From positions 3,840,001-3,872,000 of the forward strand of contig NC_010296.1 of NCBI RefSeq assembly GCF_000010625.1: a stretch of DNA of 32,000 bases, given 5' to 3'. Below are positions 24,348 to 31,793 of this stretch, piece by piece. This DNA is from Microcystis aeruginosa NIES-843 (GTDB lineage Bacteria; Cyanobacteriota; Cyanobacteriia; Cyanobacteriales; Microcystaceae). The number at the start of each line of letters is the position of its first letter. Within the stretch, counting starts at the first letter, position 1. Position numbers and translations under genes: made by a program. The notes beneath the pieces are model-generated. The model did not search any database. It was not told where the DNA came from and saw only the letters and a list, made by a program, of their open reading frames with translations.

Positions 24348-25838
24348 ATGATTTGTCAGTTAAATTCTTCTAGAGTTTGGTTGTTATTAATCCTTATTTT
24401 TGCCCTTTTCCTGCGTCTAAATGCCGCTTTCTCTTATCCTAATATTCTCTGGCCGGATGAAATTTTTCAGACTTTAGAACAGGGTCATCGACTAGCTTTT
24501 GGCCATGGGATGATACCTTGGGATTTTCGGGACGGGATTCGTTCTTGGTTATTTCCGGGGATTCTTGGCGGGATTATGAAGCTAACTGCTGGTTTTTCGG
24601 AAGGAGCCAGTGGCTATCTGGCCAGTGTCAAGATTTTCCTCAGTTTACTATCTTTAATTCCCGTTTGGATCGGATTCTCGATCGCCTACGAAAGCATCGG
24701 TTTGGCCGGCGCTATCCTAACCGGCGGTATTTGTGCGATTTGGTTTGAATTTATTTATTTTGCCCCGAAAGCCTTCACCGAAGTTATGGCCGCTTATTCC
24801 CTGCTAGTCGGCGTTTATTTAGGATGTTACGGCAAAAATCCCCCCTCTCGTCAGCGACTGTATTGGACAGGGTTTTTCTATGGATTGACCACCTATCTTC
24901 GATTTCATTTACTGCCTGCCATCGCCATCGCCCTCATTTATCAAGTTAGACAAAAAAATTTTCCACAATTACTGCCCCTTGCCCTCGGTTTTATCGGTCC
25001 GGTTTTGCTGGGGGGTGCTTTAGACGCTTTCACTTGGTCCACCCCCTTCCAATCGATTTGGAAACTGATCTGGATTAATATTTTTGAAGGAAAATTTAAT
25101 AGTTTTGGCGTATCCCCCTGGCAGCAATATTTTACTTGGTTAGCCCTCAATTGGTCTTGGTGGCTGTTTCCTATCCTCGTCTTCTGTGCAATCGCTGCTC
25201 GTCGTCACTGGATTCTCGCCCTTCTGGCCCTAGTTATTATCCTCTCTCACAGCTTTTTAGGTCACAAAGAATATCGCTATATGTTCCCTGCCCTACCACT
25301 AATTATTATTCTCGCTGGTTTGGGAATCGCCACTCTCGTCTCGCGTTTATCGTTAATGCGAGGTTCCCTCGCCGGCAAAACTATCGTTATTTTTAGTAGT
25401 TTACTTCTTTGGGCTTTTCTATCCTGGTTGCTGGCGGGGCGTTTTAATACCGACCAGACTTTTAATTTCGGACCGCCTTGGCAAAAACCGGGCTATACTC
25501 ACTGGCAAACCCACGGCGGACAATTACAAGCCTATGAGTATTTAAGTAGCGAGAAAAAACTGTGCGGTTTAGGAGTAAAAGGATTGGCGTGGCAGTACAC
25601 GGGGGGATACGCCTACTTACACCAAGATGTACCGATTTATTTCCTTAAAGATAACCAAAATTTCGAGGAACTACAACCTTATTTTAATTATCTATTATTT
25701 AACCAAGACACTGCCGCGGTCGGAGATTATCAACGGGAGAAATGCTTTAACGGAACTTGCGTTTACAGGCGCTCGAACTCTTGTCAAGTTAACCCGAATT
25801 ATCATATCAATCAGTATCTCAAAGAAGCTGGCGAGTAG
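24348..25838 (+). CDS. GT22-family (Alg9/PIG-B-like) mannosyltransferase-type GT-C enzyme
   Basis: 'WPDEIFQTLEQGHRLAFGHGMIPWDFRDGIRSWLFP' matches the Glyco_transf_22 N-terminal signature (PDE.fQ..E.aH.l.fG.G..tWE....iRSw). The protein is polytopic. Confidence 0.75.
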   Translation: MICQLNSSRVWLLLILIFALFLRLNAAFSYPNILWPDEIFQTLEQGHRLAFGHGMIPWDFRDGIRSWLFPGILGGIMKLTAGFSEGASGYLASVKIFLSLLSLIPVWIGFSIAYESIGLAGAILTGGICAIWFEFIYFAPKAFTEVMAAYSLLVGVYLGCYGKNPPSRQRLYWTGFFYGLTTYLRFHLLPAIAIALIYQVRQKNFPQLLPLALGFIGPVLLGGALDAFTWSTPFQSIWKLIWINIFEGKFNSFGVSPWQQYFTWLALNWSWWLFPILVFCAIAARRHWILALLALVIILSHSFLGHKEYRYMFPALPLIIILAGLGIATLVSRLSLMRGSLAGKTIVIFSSLLLWAFLSWLLAGRFNTDQTFNFGPPWQKPGYTHWQTHGGQLQAYEYLSSEKKLCGLGVKGLAWQYTGGYAYLHQDVPIYFLKDNQNFEELQPYFNYLLFNQDTAAVGDYQREKCFNGTCVYRRSNSCQVNPNYHINQYLKEAGE

Positions 25839-26045
25839 GATAATATATCTCTGGCAAACTTGCTAAATTTGTCAAAAATAAGTCTAAAAAGCAGAGAAAA
25901 AATTTTAATTATGTAAGCGGGATAACTTCGATCATGAAAAAAGTTAAAATCTTGCCAATTTACCTAATACCATTTTTCTTTATTCGCGTCACAACGAATA
26001 CAGGCTTGGCAAGCATTCGAGCGTGGATGTCTGTCATGGATTTAG

Positions 26046-26186
26046 AAATTTGGTATAAGTTTTCTAATTTTAATCTATATAATTTCTGTCATGACGGTCA
26101 ACCTCTCCTCTTTCCCTGGATTGCCCGGAGATGAGGCTTGGTTTGGAATTAATGCTAGGGAAATCCTCCACCACTATTTTGATTGA
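26046..26186 (+). pseudogene. Remnant of the first TM/loop of another PMT_2/ArnT-like GT-C gene
   Basis: The open frame 'KFGISFLILIYIISVMTVNLSSFPGLPGDEAWFGINAREILHHYFD*' resembles the '..NL...PPGL..DEA..G.NA..IL' loop of GT39/PMT_2 proteins. It is only 46 codons long and has no upstream start beyond the ATG at 26091. Confidence 0.35.
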
Positions 26187-26353
26187 ATACTGTCCCCATT
26201 GTCTAGATTTTCCCAAATCTTGGAAAATTATCTAAGGAAGTTACTGCGAATCTATCATTATTAAAAACAAATCATCCGCACAAACCCTCAGCTTAATTTT
26301 GATAAAAGCCAATAATAAGCTGACTTTAAACCTCAAAATTTTTGGTAAATATC

Positions 26354-26383
26354 TTGACAAATGATCCCGATTAATGGTATTAT
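26354..26383 (+). promoter_or_regulatory. Sigma70-type promoter candidate for the methyltransferase operon
   Basis: TTGACA (26354-26359), an 18-nt spacer and TATTAT (26378-26383) lie about 80 nt upstream of ATG 26465. This is a sequence match only. Confidence 0.3.
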
Positions 26384-26464
26384 TGGCGTGGTTTTGGTAA
26401 AAATATCCAACAGCCAGAGACCCCCTAGACTAACTTAGTAAAATTAATTCCTCCCTATTGATAG

Positions 26465-27439
26465 ATGAAAATCAAGAAATATCTTAAGTTCTGGAAATAT
26501 CCTCGCTTAGTTGATGAACGAGAGACTTTAATTGAAGAACGAGATTCTCTCAAAGATCATCTGAAGAGTTTGAATCAAGAAAAACAAGAAATGATTCGGG
26601 AAAAAAATGCTCTTTATGAAAGATTAGGTCAGTTATCCTTAACCATTCCCGAACTGCAAGAAATTAGTCCGAAACTTCTCGATATTAGCGTCATCAAAAA
26701 TAAGGCCCGCCAGTTTCGAGTCCAATTAGATGCCGAAAAAGAAAAACTGGCTCCCGACAATTTTGGCTGGTATCCTTACAACACTTTAACCTGCTTCGAG
26801 ATTCTCGAATTACTATTAACGGGTAAAAACCGTTTTCTACTGGAATTAATCTCGGAAAAACCGATTGTTGATATTGGTTGTGCCGATGGGGATCTGGCGT
26901 TTTTTCTGGAATCTTTGGGCTGTAAAGTGCAGGTAGTGGACTACGCTCCTACTAACTTTAATCTTATGCAAGGGGTTAAACTGCTCAAGACTGCTCTTTC
27001 TTCCTCTGTGGAGATTCATGATGTTAACTTAGATTCCCAGTTTCTGCTTCCCGAAAAAAGCTATAGTTTAGTCATCTTCTTAGGAATTTTATACCATCTC
27101 AAAAATCCCTACTATGCCCTCGAAACCTTAGCGAAATCTGCCAATTATTGCCTGATTAGCACCCGCGTCACTAAGTTTAATACGGTGAGTAATGCCGCTA
27201 ATCGAGTCGATCTTTCCGCGATTCCTCTAGCCTATTTACTCGATGAACTAGAAGCAAATAATGATTCCACCAACTATTGGATCTTTTCTAATGCCGGGTT
27301 ACGCCGAATTTTACAGCGAACCGGCTGGGAAATTTGCGATTATATAACAGTAGGTAATACCGAAAACTCCGATCCCGCCAGTCGTGACGGCGATGAAAGA
27401 GCCTATTGTTTAGTAAAAAGTCGTTTCTATCAAGATTAG
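26465..27439 (+). CDS. Class I SAM-dependent methyltransferase with N-terminal coiled-coil segment
   Basis: The SAM motif I is 'IVDIGCADGDLAFFLESLGCKVQVVD', with 'VIFLGILYHLKNP' downstream. The N-terminal 60 aa or so are heptad-like and charged. Confidence 0.8.
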   Translation: MKIKKYLKFWKYPRLVDERETLIEERDSLKDHLKSLNQEKQEMIREKNALYERLGQLSLTIPELQEISPKLLDISVIKNKARQFRVQLDAEKEKLAPDNFGWYPYNTLTCFEILELLLTGKNRFLLELISEKPIVDIGCADGDLAFFLESLGCKVQVVDYAPTNFNLMQGVKLLKTALSSSVEIHDVNLDSQFLLPEKSYSLVIFLGILYHLKNPYYALETLAKSANYCLISTRVTKFNTVSNAANRVDLSAIPLAYLLDELEANNDSTNYWIFSNAGLRRILQRTGWEICDYITVGNTENSDPASRDGDERAYCLVKSRFYQD

Positions 27440-27473
27440 AAATGCCTAAATATCAGACCAGTCTCCTAAAAAT

Positions 27474-28544
27474 ATGAACTATCCCCCTAATCCCCTCTTA
27501 AACCGACGTAGTTTGCTGAAATTAGCGGCCCTAGCTGGAGGAAGTGCCGGACTAGCTACCCTTCTCTCCTCTCGGCTCAGTTACTCTGCCGACCAAAACC
27601 AGGCTATTGCCAAGAATATAGAGGCAATAGAGGAATTTTTGCGGCAAATTCGCCCAGTAGATTCGCAAAATCTCCAGTGGACAGAATATAGCTTTGAAAC
27701 AGTCACCGTTGATCGTCGAGGGCAAATTATTGATCGCCGTCAGGGTAGCGCTCGCTCCTGGCGCGAACCTTTAGGCAACGGCAGCGAACTAGAAATGGTG
27801 GCTATTCCGGGGGGCAGTTTTCGACGCGGCTCGAAAAATGAAGAAAGAGGCGATCATACTAGCAGTGAAAAACCAGAAAATTCCCTGACGACGGCGGCTT
27901 TTTTTCTGAGCAAATACCCGATCACCCAAGCACAATGGCGAGCGATCGCCCAACTTCCCAAAATTAATCTCGAACTCAACCCAGCTCCCTCCTTTTTCCA
28001 AGGTGATAACTTACCCGTAGAGAGAGTCTCCTGGTACGAGGCGATCGAATTTTGTCAACGACTCTCCCGAGCCACCGGCAAAGATTACCGACTAGCGAGT
28101 GAATCACGCTGGGAATACGCCTGTCGCGCCGGCACAACCACCCCCTTTTACTGCGGGGAAACCCTCACCAGCGAGCGGGCTAATTACTTTGCCGTCTATG
28201 ATCCCTACGCGGAAGAACCAGCCAGCGCCTATCTGGCCAGGACTACCCCGGTGGGCAGTTTCGCCCCCAATAATTTCGGTCTCTACGATATGCACGGCAA
28301 CGTGGGTGAATGGTGCGCCGATAGCTGGCACCGGAATTACGAGGGAACCCCGCCCCTCGATGGTAGTGCTTGGTTAGACAGGGATACTCGCTTGCAGCCC
28401 CGTTATCGTTCCGCCCGTTTAGTGCGAGGGGGCAGTTGGGGCGATGAAGCTAGGCACCTACGCAGTGCCAATCGCACCTTTTGCCTTCCCGATCAACACC
28501 ACAGTGTCTTGGGTTTACGAGTCATGGCCGATAGTACTGGTTAA
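27474..28544 (+). CDS. Formylglycine-generating-enzyme (FGE/SUMF1) family protein with Tat-type signal peptide
   Basis: The N-terminus is 'NRRSLLKLAALAGGSAGLA'. FGE-sulfatase motifs are 'MVAIPGGSFRRGS', 'PVERVSWYEAIEFCQRLS', 'YRLASESRWEYACRAGT', 'GLYDMHGNVGEWCAD', 'RLVRGGSW' and 'LGLRV'. Confidence 0.85.
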   Translation: MNYPPNPLLNRRSLLKLAALAGGSAGLATLLSSRLSYSADQNQAIAKNIEAIEEFLRQIRPVDSQNLQWTEYSFETVTVDRRGQIIDRRQGSARSWREPLGNGSELEMVAIPGGSFRRGSKNEERGDHTSSEKPENSLTTAAFFLSKYPITQAQWRAIAQLPKINLELNPAPSFFQGDNLPVERVSWYEAIEFCQRLSRATGKDYRLASESRWEYACRAGTTTPFYCGETLTSERANYFAVYDPYAEEPASAYLARTTPVGSFAPNNFGLYDMHGNVGEWCADSWHRNYEGTPPLDGSAWLDRDTRLQPRYRSARLVRGGSWGDEARHLRSANRTFCLPDQHHSVLGLRVMADSTG

Positions 28545-28684
28545 TCAATGCTTGTGTCCGCCCAAGAGACGACAAAGGTATGGTTCAATAGGGTAGATCG
28601 CCAAAAGGCCAAAAGTATTCAGAATCTTCTGCCGTTGTCAGTGCGTTTGTAGCTAAATCAACCGCGAGTGAGGTCAAATTTTTC

Positions 28685-29962
28685 ATGAAGATACAGCAGT
28701 CTCATCTTTTCTTAACTCCCCCCACAGGAGATCTACAGATACCTTTATCTCCTCCTCCCCCGGACGACGGCAACCTAGAAGCAGAAAAAAATTATTCTCT
28801 CAGCCTGTCTCTAGTCATTCCCACCTACAATGAACGGCAAAATATCGTTCAATTAGTCAACATTCTCAGTCAAATACTTGACGAAGCCCTTCCCAACGAT
28901 TACGAACTGATCGTTGTCGATGATAATAGTCCCGATCGCACTTGGGAAGTCGCCGCGTCTTTAATCGCTGAATATCCCCAGCTGCGAGTGCTGCGCCGGG
29001 AGGGAGAAAAAGGCCTATCCTCGGCAGTGGTACGGGGGTGGCAAGTGGCACGGGGCGACATCCTTGGGGTCATCGATGCCGATTTACAGCATCCCCCGGA
29101 AGTGTTATTAAAATTATTCGAGCAAACCAGAGCCGGAGCCGATCTCGCCCTGGCTAGTCGCCATGTGGAAGGGGGTGGAGTCAGCCAATGGAGTCTGACG
29201 CGACGCTTCCTCTCCCGGGGGGCGCAGCTGTTGGGATTAGTCATTCTGCCCAATGTGGTGGGACGGGTATCGGATCCGATGAGTGGCTATTTCATGGTTA
29301 ATCGACAAGCGATCGCGGGCCCGATCTTAAACCCGATGGGCTATAAAATTCTCCTCGAAGTTATCGGCCGCGGCAATATCGACCGGATCGCAGAAGTGGG
29401 TTACGTTTTCCAAGAGCGTCAAGACGGTGAAAGCAAAGTCACCTGGCAACAATACATCGAATATATCCTGCACTTGCTGAAATTGCGTTCCCGCGGTCGT
29501 TTCGGCGGACTGAAAAGGCGTTGGCAATTCCCCCTCGCTCGCTTTCTTCGCTTTAGTTTAGTCGGGTTTAGTGGCGTATTCGTCGATATGGCTATATTTT
29601 ATCTCCTCAGCGATCCCACTACCCTCGCTTGGGGAGTAACTCGCAGTAAGATTATCGCCGCCGAGGTGGCTATTATTAATAATTTTCTCTGGAACGATCG
29701 CTGGACTTTTGGCGATTTGTCCACCGGCCAAAATCAGTGGCAGCAGCGTTGCAAACGTTTTCTTAAATTTAATCTTATTTGTTTGGCCGGTTTGATCCTC
29801 AACGTCCTGCTCTTAAACTTTTTCTTCAATGTCTTACATATTAATCGCTATATTGCTAACTTAATAGCGATCGCTATAGTTACCGTTTGGAACTTCTGGA
29901 TGAATTTAAAACTCAGTTGGCGTGTGACGGAGGTTAAACCCGAAAAGTCCGGCAAGCCATAG
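28685..29962 (+). CDS. Polyprenyl/dolichyl-phosphate sugar synthase (Dpm1/Ppm1-like GT2) fused to a GtrA-like membrane domain
   Basis: The GT2 part has 'LSLVIPTYNERQNI', 'ELIVVDDNSPDRT' and 'GVIDADLQHPPE'. The C-terminal 130 aa or so, 'FLRFSLVGFSGVFVDMAIFYLL...AIINNFLWNDRWTF...', is GtrA-like with 4 TM segments. Confidence 0.85.
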   Translation: MKIQQSHLFLTPPTGDLQIPLSPPPPDDGNLEAEKNYSLSLSLVIPTYNERQNIVQLVNILSQILDEALPNDYELIVVDDNSPDRTWEVAASLIAEYPQLRVLRREGEKGLSSAVVRGWQVARGDILGVIDADLQHPPEVLLKLFEQTRAGADLALASRHVEGGGVSQWSLTRRFLSRGAQLLGLVILPNVVGRVSDPMSGYFMVNRQAIAGPILNPMGYKILLEVIGRGNIDRIAEVGYVFQERQDGESKVTWQQYIEYILHLLKLRSRGRFGGLKRRWQFPLARFLRFSLVGFSGVFVDMAIFYLLSDPTTLAWGVTRSKIIAAEVAIINNFLWNDRWTFGDLSTGQNQWQQRCKRFLKFNLICLAGLILNVLLLNFFFNVLHINRYIANLIAIAIVTVWNFWMNLKLSWRVTEVKPEKSGKP

Positions 29963-29970
29963 GAAAGCCT

Positions 29971-30279
29971 TTGAAAACTTTTCCTCTCATCCTGCAAACC
30001 CTTTTTAACTCTCGTTTAACCTCTGGCAGCATTAATTCTCGGGACTTAAAAGCGGCCCAAGGTCAACAGGAAACCGATTACCGGGGATTAAGTCTCAAGG
30101 AGGGGATGGAATGGCTTGATCAAAATGCCGATGACTTTGCTTGGGGAAAGGCCGCCGACCCCGATTATTATGCTTTCCCCCATTGTCCGACAATTCATCG
30201 AAAATTTGGGTCTGAAACCCCGTCGTTCTACGACGGCTTTACTGTTAAATATGAGCATCGTTTACGAAATATATGCTAA
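29971..30279 (+). CDS. Small hypothetical ORF (TTG start), 3' end probably replaced by the IS left end
   Basis: TTG 29971 lies behind AGGAAA. There are 102 codons, and codons from about 77 onward lie within the proposed IS left end. See the reconstruction finding. Confidence 0.35.
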   Translation: MKTFPLILQTLFNSRLTSGSINSRDLKAAQGQQETDYRGLSLKEGMEWLDQNADDFAWGKAADPDYYAFPHCPTIHRKFGSETPSFYDGFTVKYEHRLRNIC

Positions 30280-31520
30280 AATGTGAGACATGGAAAAAGC
30301 CTACTCGTTTCGATTTTACCCAACACCCGAACAAGAGTCGCTATTGCGGCGCACATTGGGCTGTGTAAGATTAGTTTACAACAAAGCTCTCCACGAACGA
30401 ACACAAGCTTGGTACGAAAAGCAAGAAAGAGTAGGCTACGCTCAAACTTCTTCAATGCTAACCGAGTGGAAAAAGCAAGAAGAATTAAACTTTCTCAATG
30501 AAGTAAGCTGTGTACCTTTACAACAAGGGTTAAGACACCTACAAACAGCTTTTACTAATTTCTTTGCTGGTCGGACTAAGTATCCTAACTTTAAGAAAAA
30601 ACATCAGGGAGGAAGTGCCGAATTTACCAAGTCTGCTTTTAAATTTAAAGACAAACAAATCTATTTAGCCAAATGCACAGAACCTTTACCTATTCGATGG
30701 TCAAGACAAATCCCAGAAAGCTGTGAACCAAGCACAGTAACAGTCAGATTACATCCTTCTGGACGTTGGCATATTTCAATAAGATTTGATGACCCAACGA
30801 TTAAGCCTTTACCAGTAACAGATAAAGCCATCGGAATTGACTTAGGAATTAGTAGCCTCGTGATTACCAGCGATGGCGATAAAGTGTCTAATCCCAAGCA
30901 TTTTAAAAAGCATTATCGGAGACTGCGAAAGGCCCAAAAAAGCCTTTCTAGAAAACAGAAAGGGTCAAAAAATCGGGAAAAAGCAAGAATCAAAGTAGCC
31001 AAGATTCACGCTCAAATCACCGATAGCAGAAAAGACCATTTACATAAGCTAACCACTCAATTAGTTCGGGAAAACCAAACGATTGTGGTTGAGAACTTAG
31101 CCGTCAAGAATATGGTCAAAAACCCGAAATTATCTCAGGCAATATCTGATGTAAGCTGGGGAGAAATCACTCGACAATTAGCCTATAAATGCCGTTGGTA
31201 TGGGAGAAATTACATCGAAATAGATAGATGGTTTCCTAGCTCTAAAAGGTGTAGTAATTGCGGGTATATTGCCCTTGAAAATGCCGTTAAATGTTCGAGA
31301 ATGGGACTGTCCAGACTGTGGGACGCACCATGACCGAGATATTAACGCCAGTAAAAATATTTTGGCCGCAGGGCTTGCGGTGTCAGTCTGTAGAGCGACC
31401 ATAAGACCAGAACAGAGTAAATCTGTTAAGGCAGGTGCGAAAAATCCTTCGGGAAAGAAGCAGAAACCTAAATCGTGAGGTTTGGGAATCACCGTCCGTT
31501 CACGGCGGTGAGGATGTCAA
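30199..31520 (+). mobile_element. TnpB-only IS200/IS605-family element, second subfamily; left boundary tentative
   Basis: The left-end hairpin ccgtcg-ttcta-cgacgg lies at 30220-30236. The right-end hairpin caccgtccg..cggcggtg is followed by 10 nt (aggatgtcaa) ending at 31520. The left junction after TTCAT (30194-30198) is proposed from geometry and the reading-frame reconstruction. Confidence 0.5.
30290..31478 (+). pseudogene. tnpB: tnpB (IS200/IS605 OrfB) disrupted by a frameshift inside the Zn-ribbon region
   Basis: Frame A (30290-31333) carries 'IGIDLGISSL' (D), 'VVENLAVKNM' (E) and 'KRCSNCGYI', then ends in nonsense. Frame B (31269-31478) carries the expected continuation '[32 protein letters not shown]'. 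The frame switch lies between about 31262 and 31280. Confidence 0.8.
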
Positions 31521-31540
31521 GCCGTCCAACGTCAAGAAAC
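31330..31540 (+). ncRNA. Predicted TnpB omega-RNA (scaffold overlapping the tnpB 3' end/RE, plus 20-nt guide)
   Basis: This is placed by analogy with characterised TnpB systems. The right-end terminal module gaatcaccgtccgttcacggcggtgaggatgtcaa (31486-31520) is intact, and the flank gccgtccaacgtcaagaaac would be the guide. The 5' limit is a guess. Confidence 0.4.
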
Positions 31541-31551
31541 CCCCCTAACTA

Positions 31552-31765
31552 GGGCTGGCTGAATAAATCTAAAAAGCTTGTTGGATAAGGTTTTTAGGCT
31601 TTTTTGACCTCAAAAAGTGCCTAGCATTGGAGTGATCGGGGGTAAAATTCCTGGACTTTTTCCCTGAAAATTAGGTAATTGACCACCTGAAAATGAGTAA
31701 AACCCCACACCCCACACCCCACACCCCACACCCTGCCACCACCGAAAAACTTTTTCAGCAGACCC
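31552..31765. mobile_element. MITE (GGGCTGGCTGAA... family), copy 2
   Basis: It is colinear with 7737-7956 and includes the CCCCACA heptamer array. It is flanked by TAACTA direct repeats (31546-31551 and 31766-31771). The termini gggctggctgaa / ttcagcagaccc match at 10 of 12 positions as an inverted repeat. Confidence 0.7.
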
Positions 31766-31793
31766 TAACTATCATTAAACATTGTCGTCAGCC

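Noticed and set aside
25934-26134. A 66-codon ORF (MKKVKILPIYLIPFFFIRV...) downstream of the GT22 gene.
   Set aside because: Only the first 20 residues or so look like a TM/signal segment and the rest is not protein-like. It overlaps the better-supported GT-C loop remnant in another frame, so it is probably decayed sequence.
26465-28544. The methyltransferase + FGE-fold pair as an ergothioneine (EgtD/EgtB-like) module.
   Set aside because: The FGE-fold protein has a Tat signal and no N-terminal DinB domain. The methyltransferase has a generic class I fold with a coiled coil, not the EgtD architecture. No EgtA/C/E-like genes are present.
28099-29527. Several 60-117-codon ORFs overlapping the FGE and Dpm1-GtrA genes on either strand (28099-28377, 28104-28331, 28866-29051, 28900-29253, 29327-29527).
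   Set aside because: The locally high GC keeps alternative frames open. The products are Arg/Pro-rich nonsense, and the annotated frames have strong family motifs.
31255-31290. Programmed ribosomal frameshift in the second tnpB.
   Set aside because: No slippery heptamer or obvious downstream stimulatory structure is present at the frame switch. A simple indel pseudogene is the economical reading.
15854-31520. The two same-orientation TnpB elements acting as a composite transposon around the glycosylation locus.
   Set aside because: They belong to different subfamilies with different ends and proteins, they lack tnpA, and IS200/IS605 elements transpose as single-stranded circles rather than as composites. 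Each insertion is explained independently by its own empty-site reconstruction.
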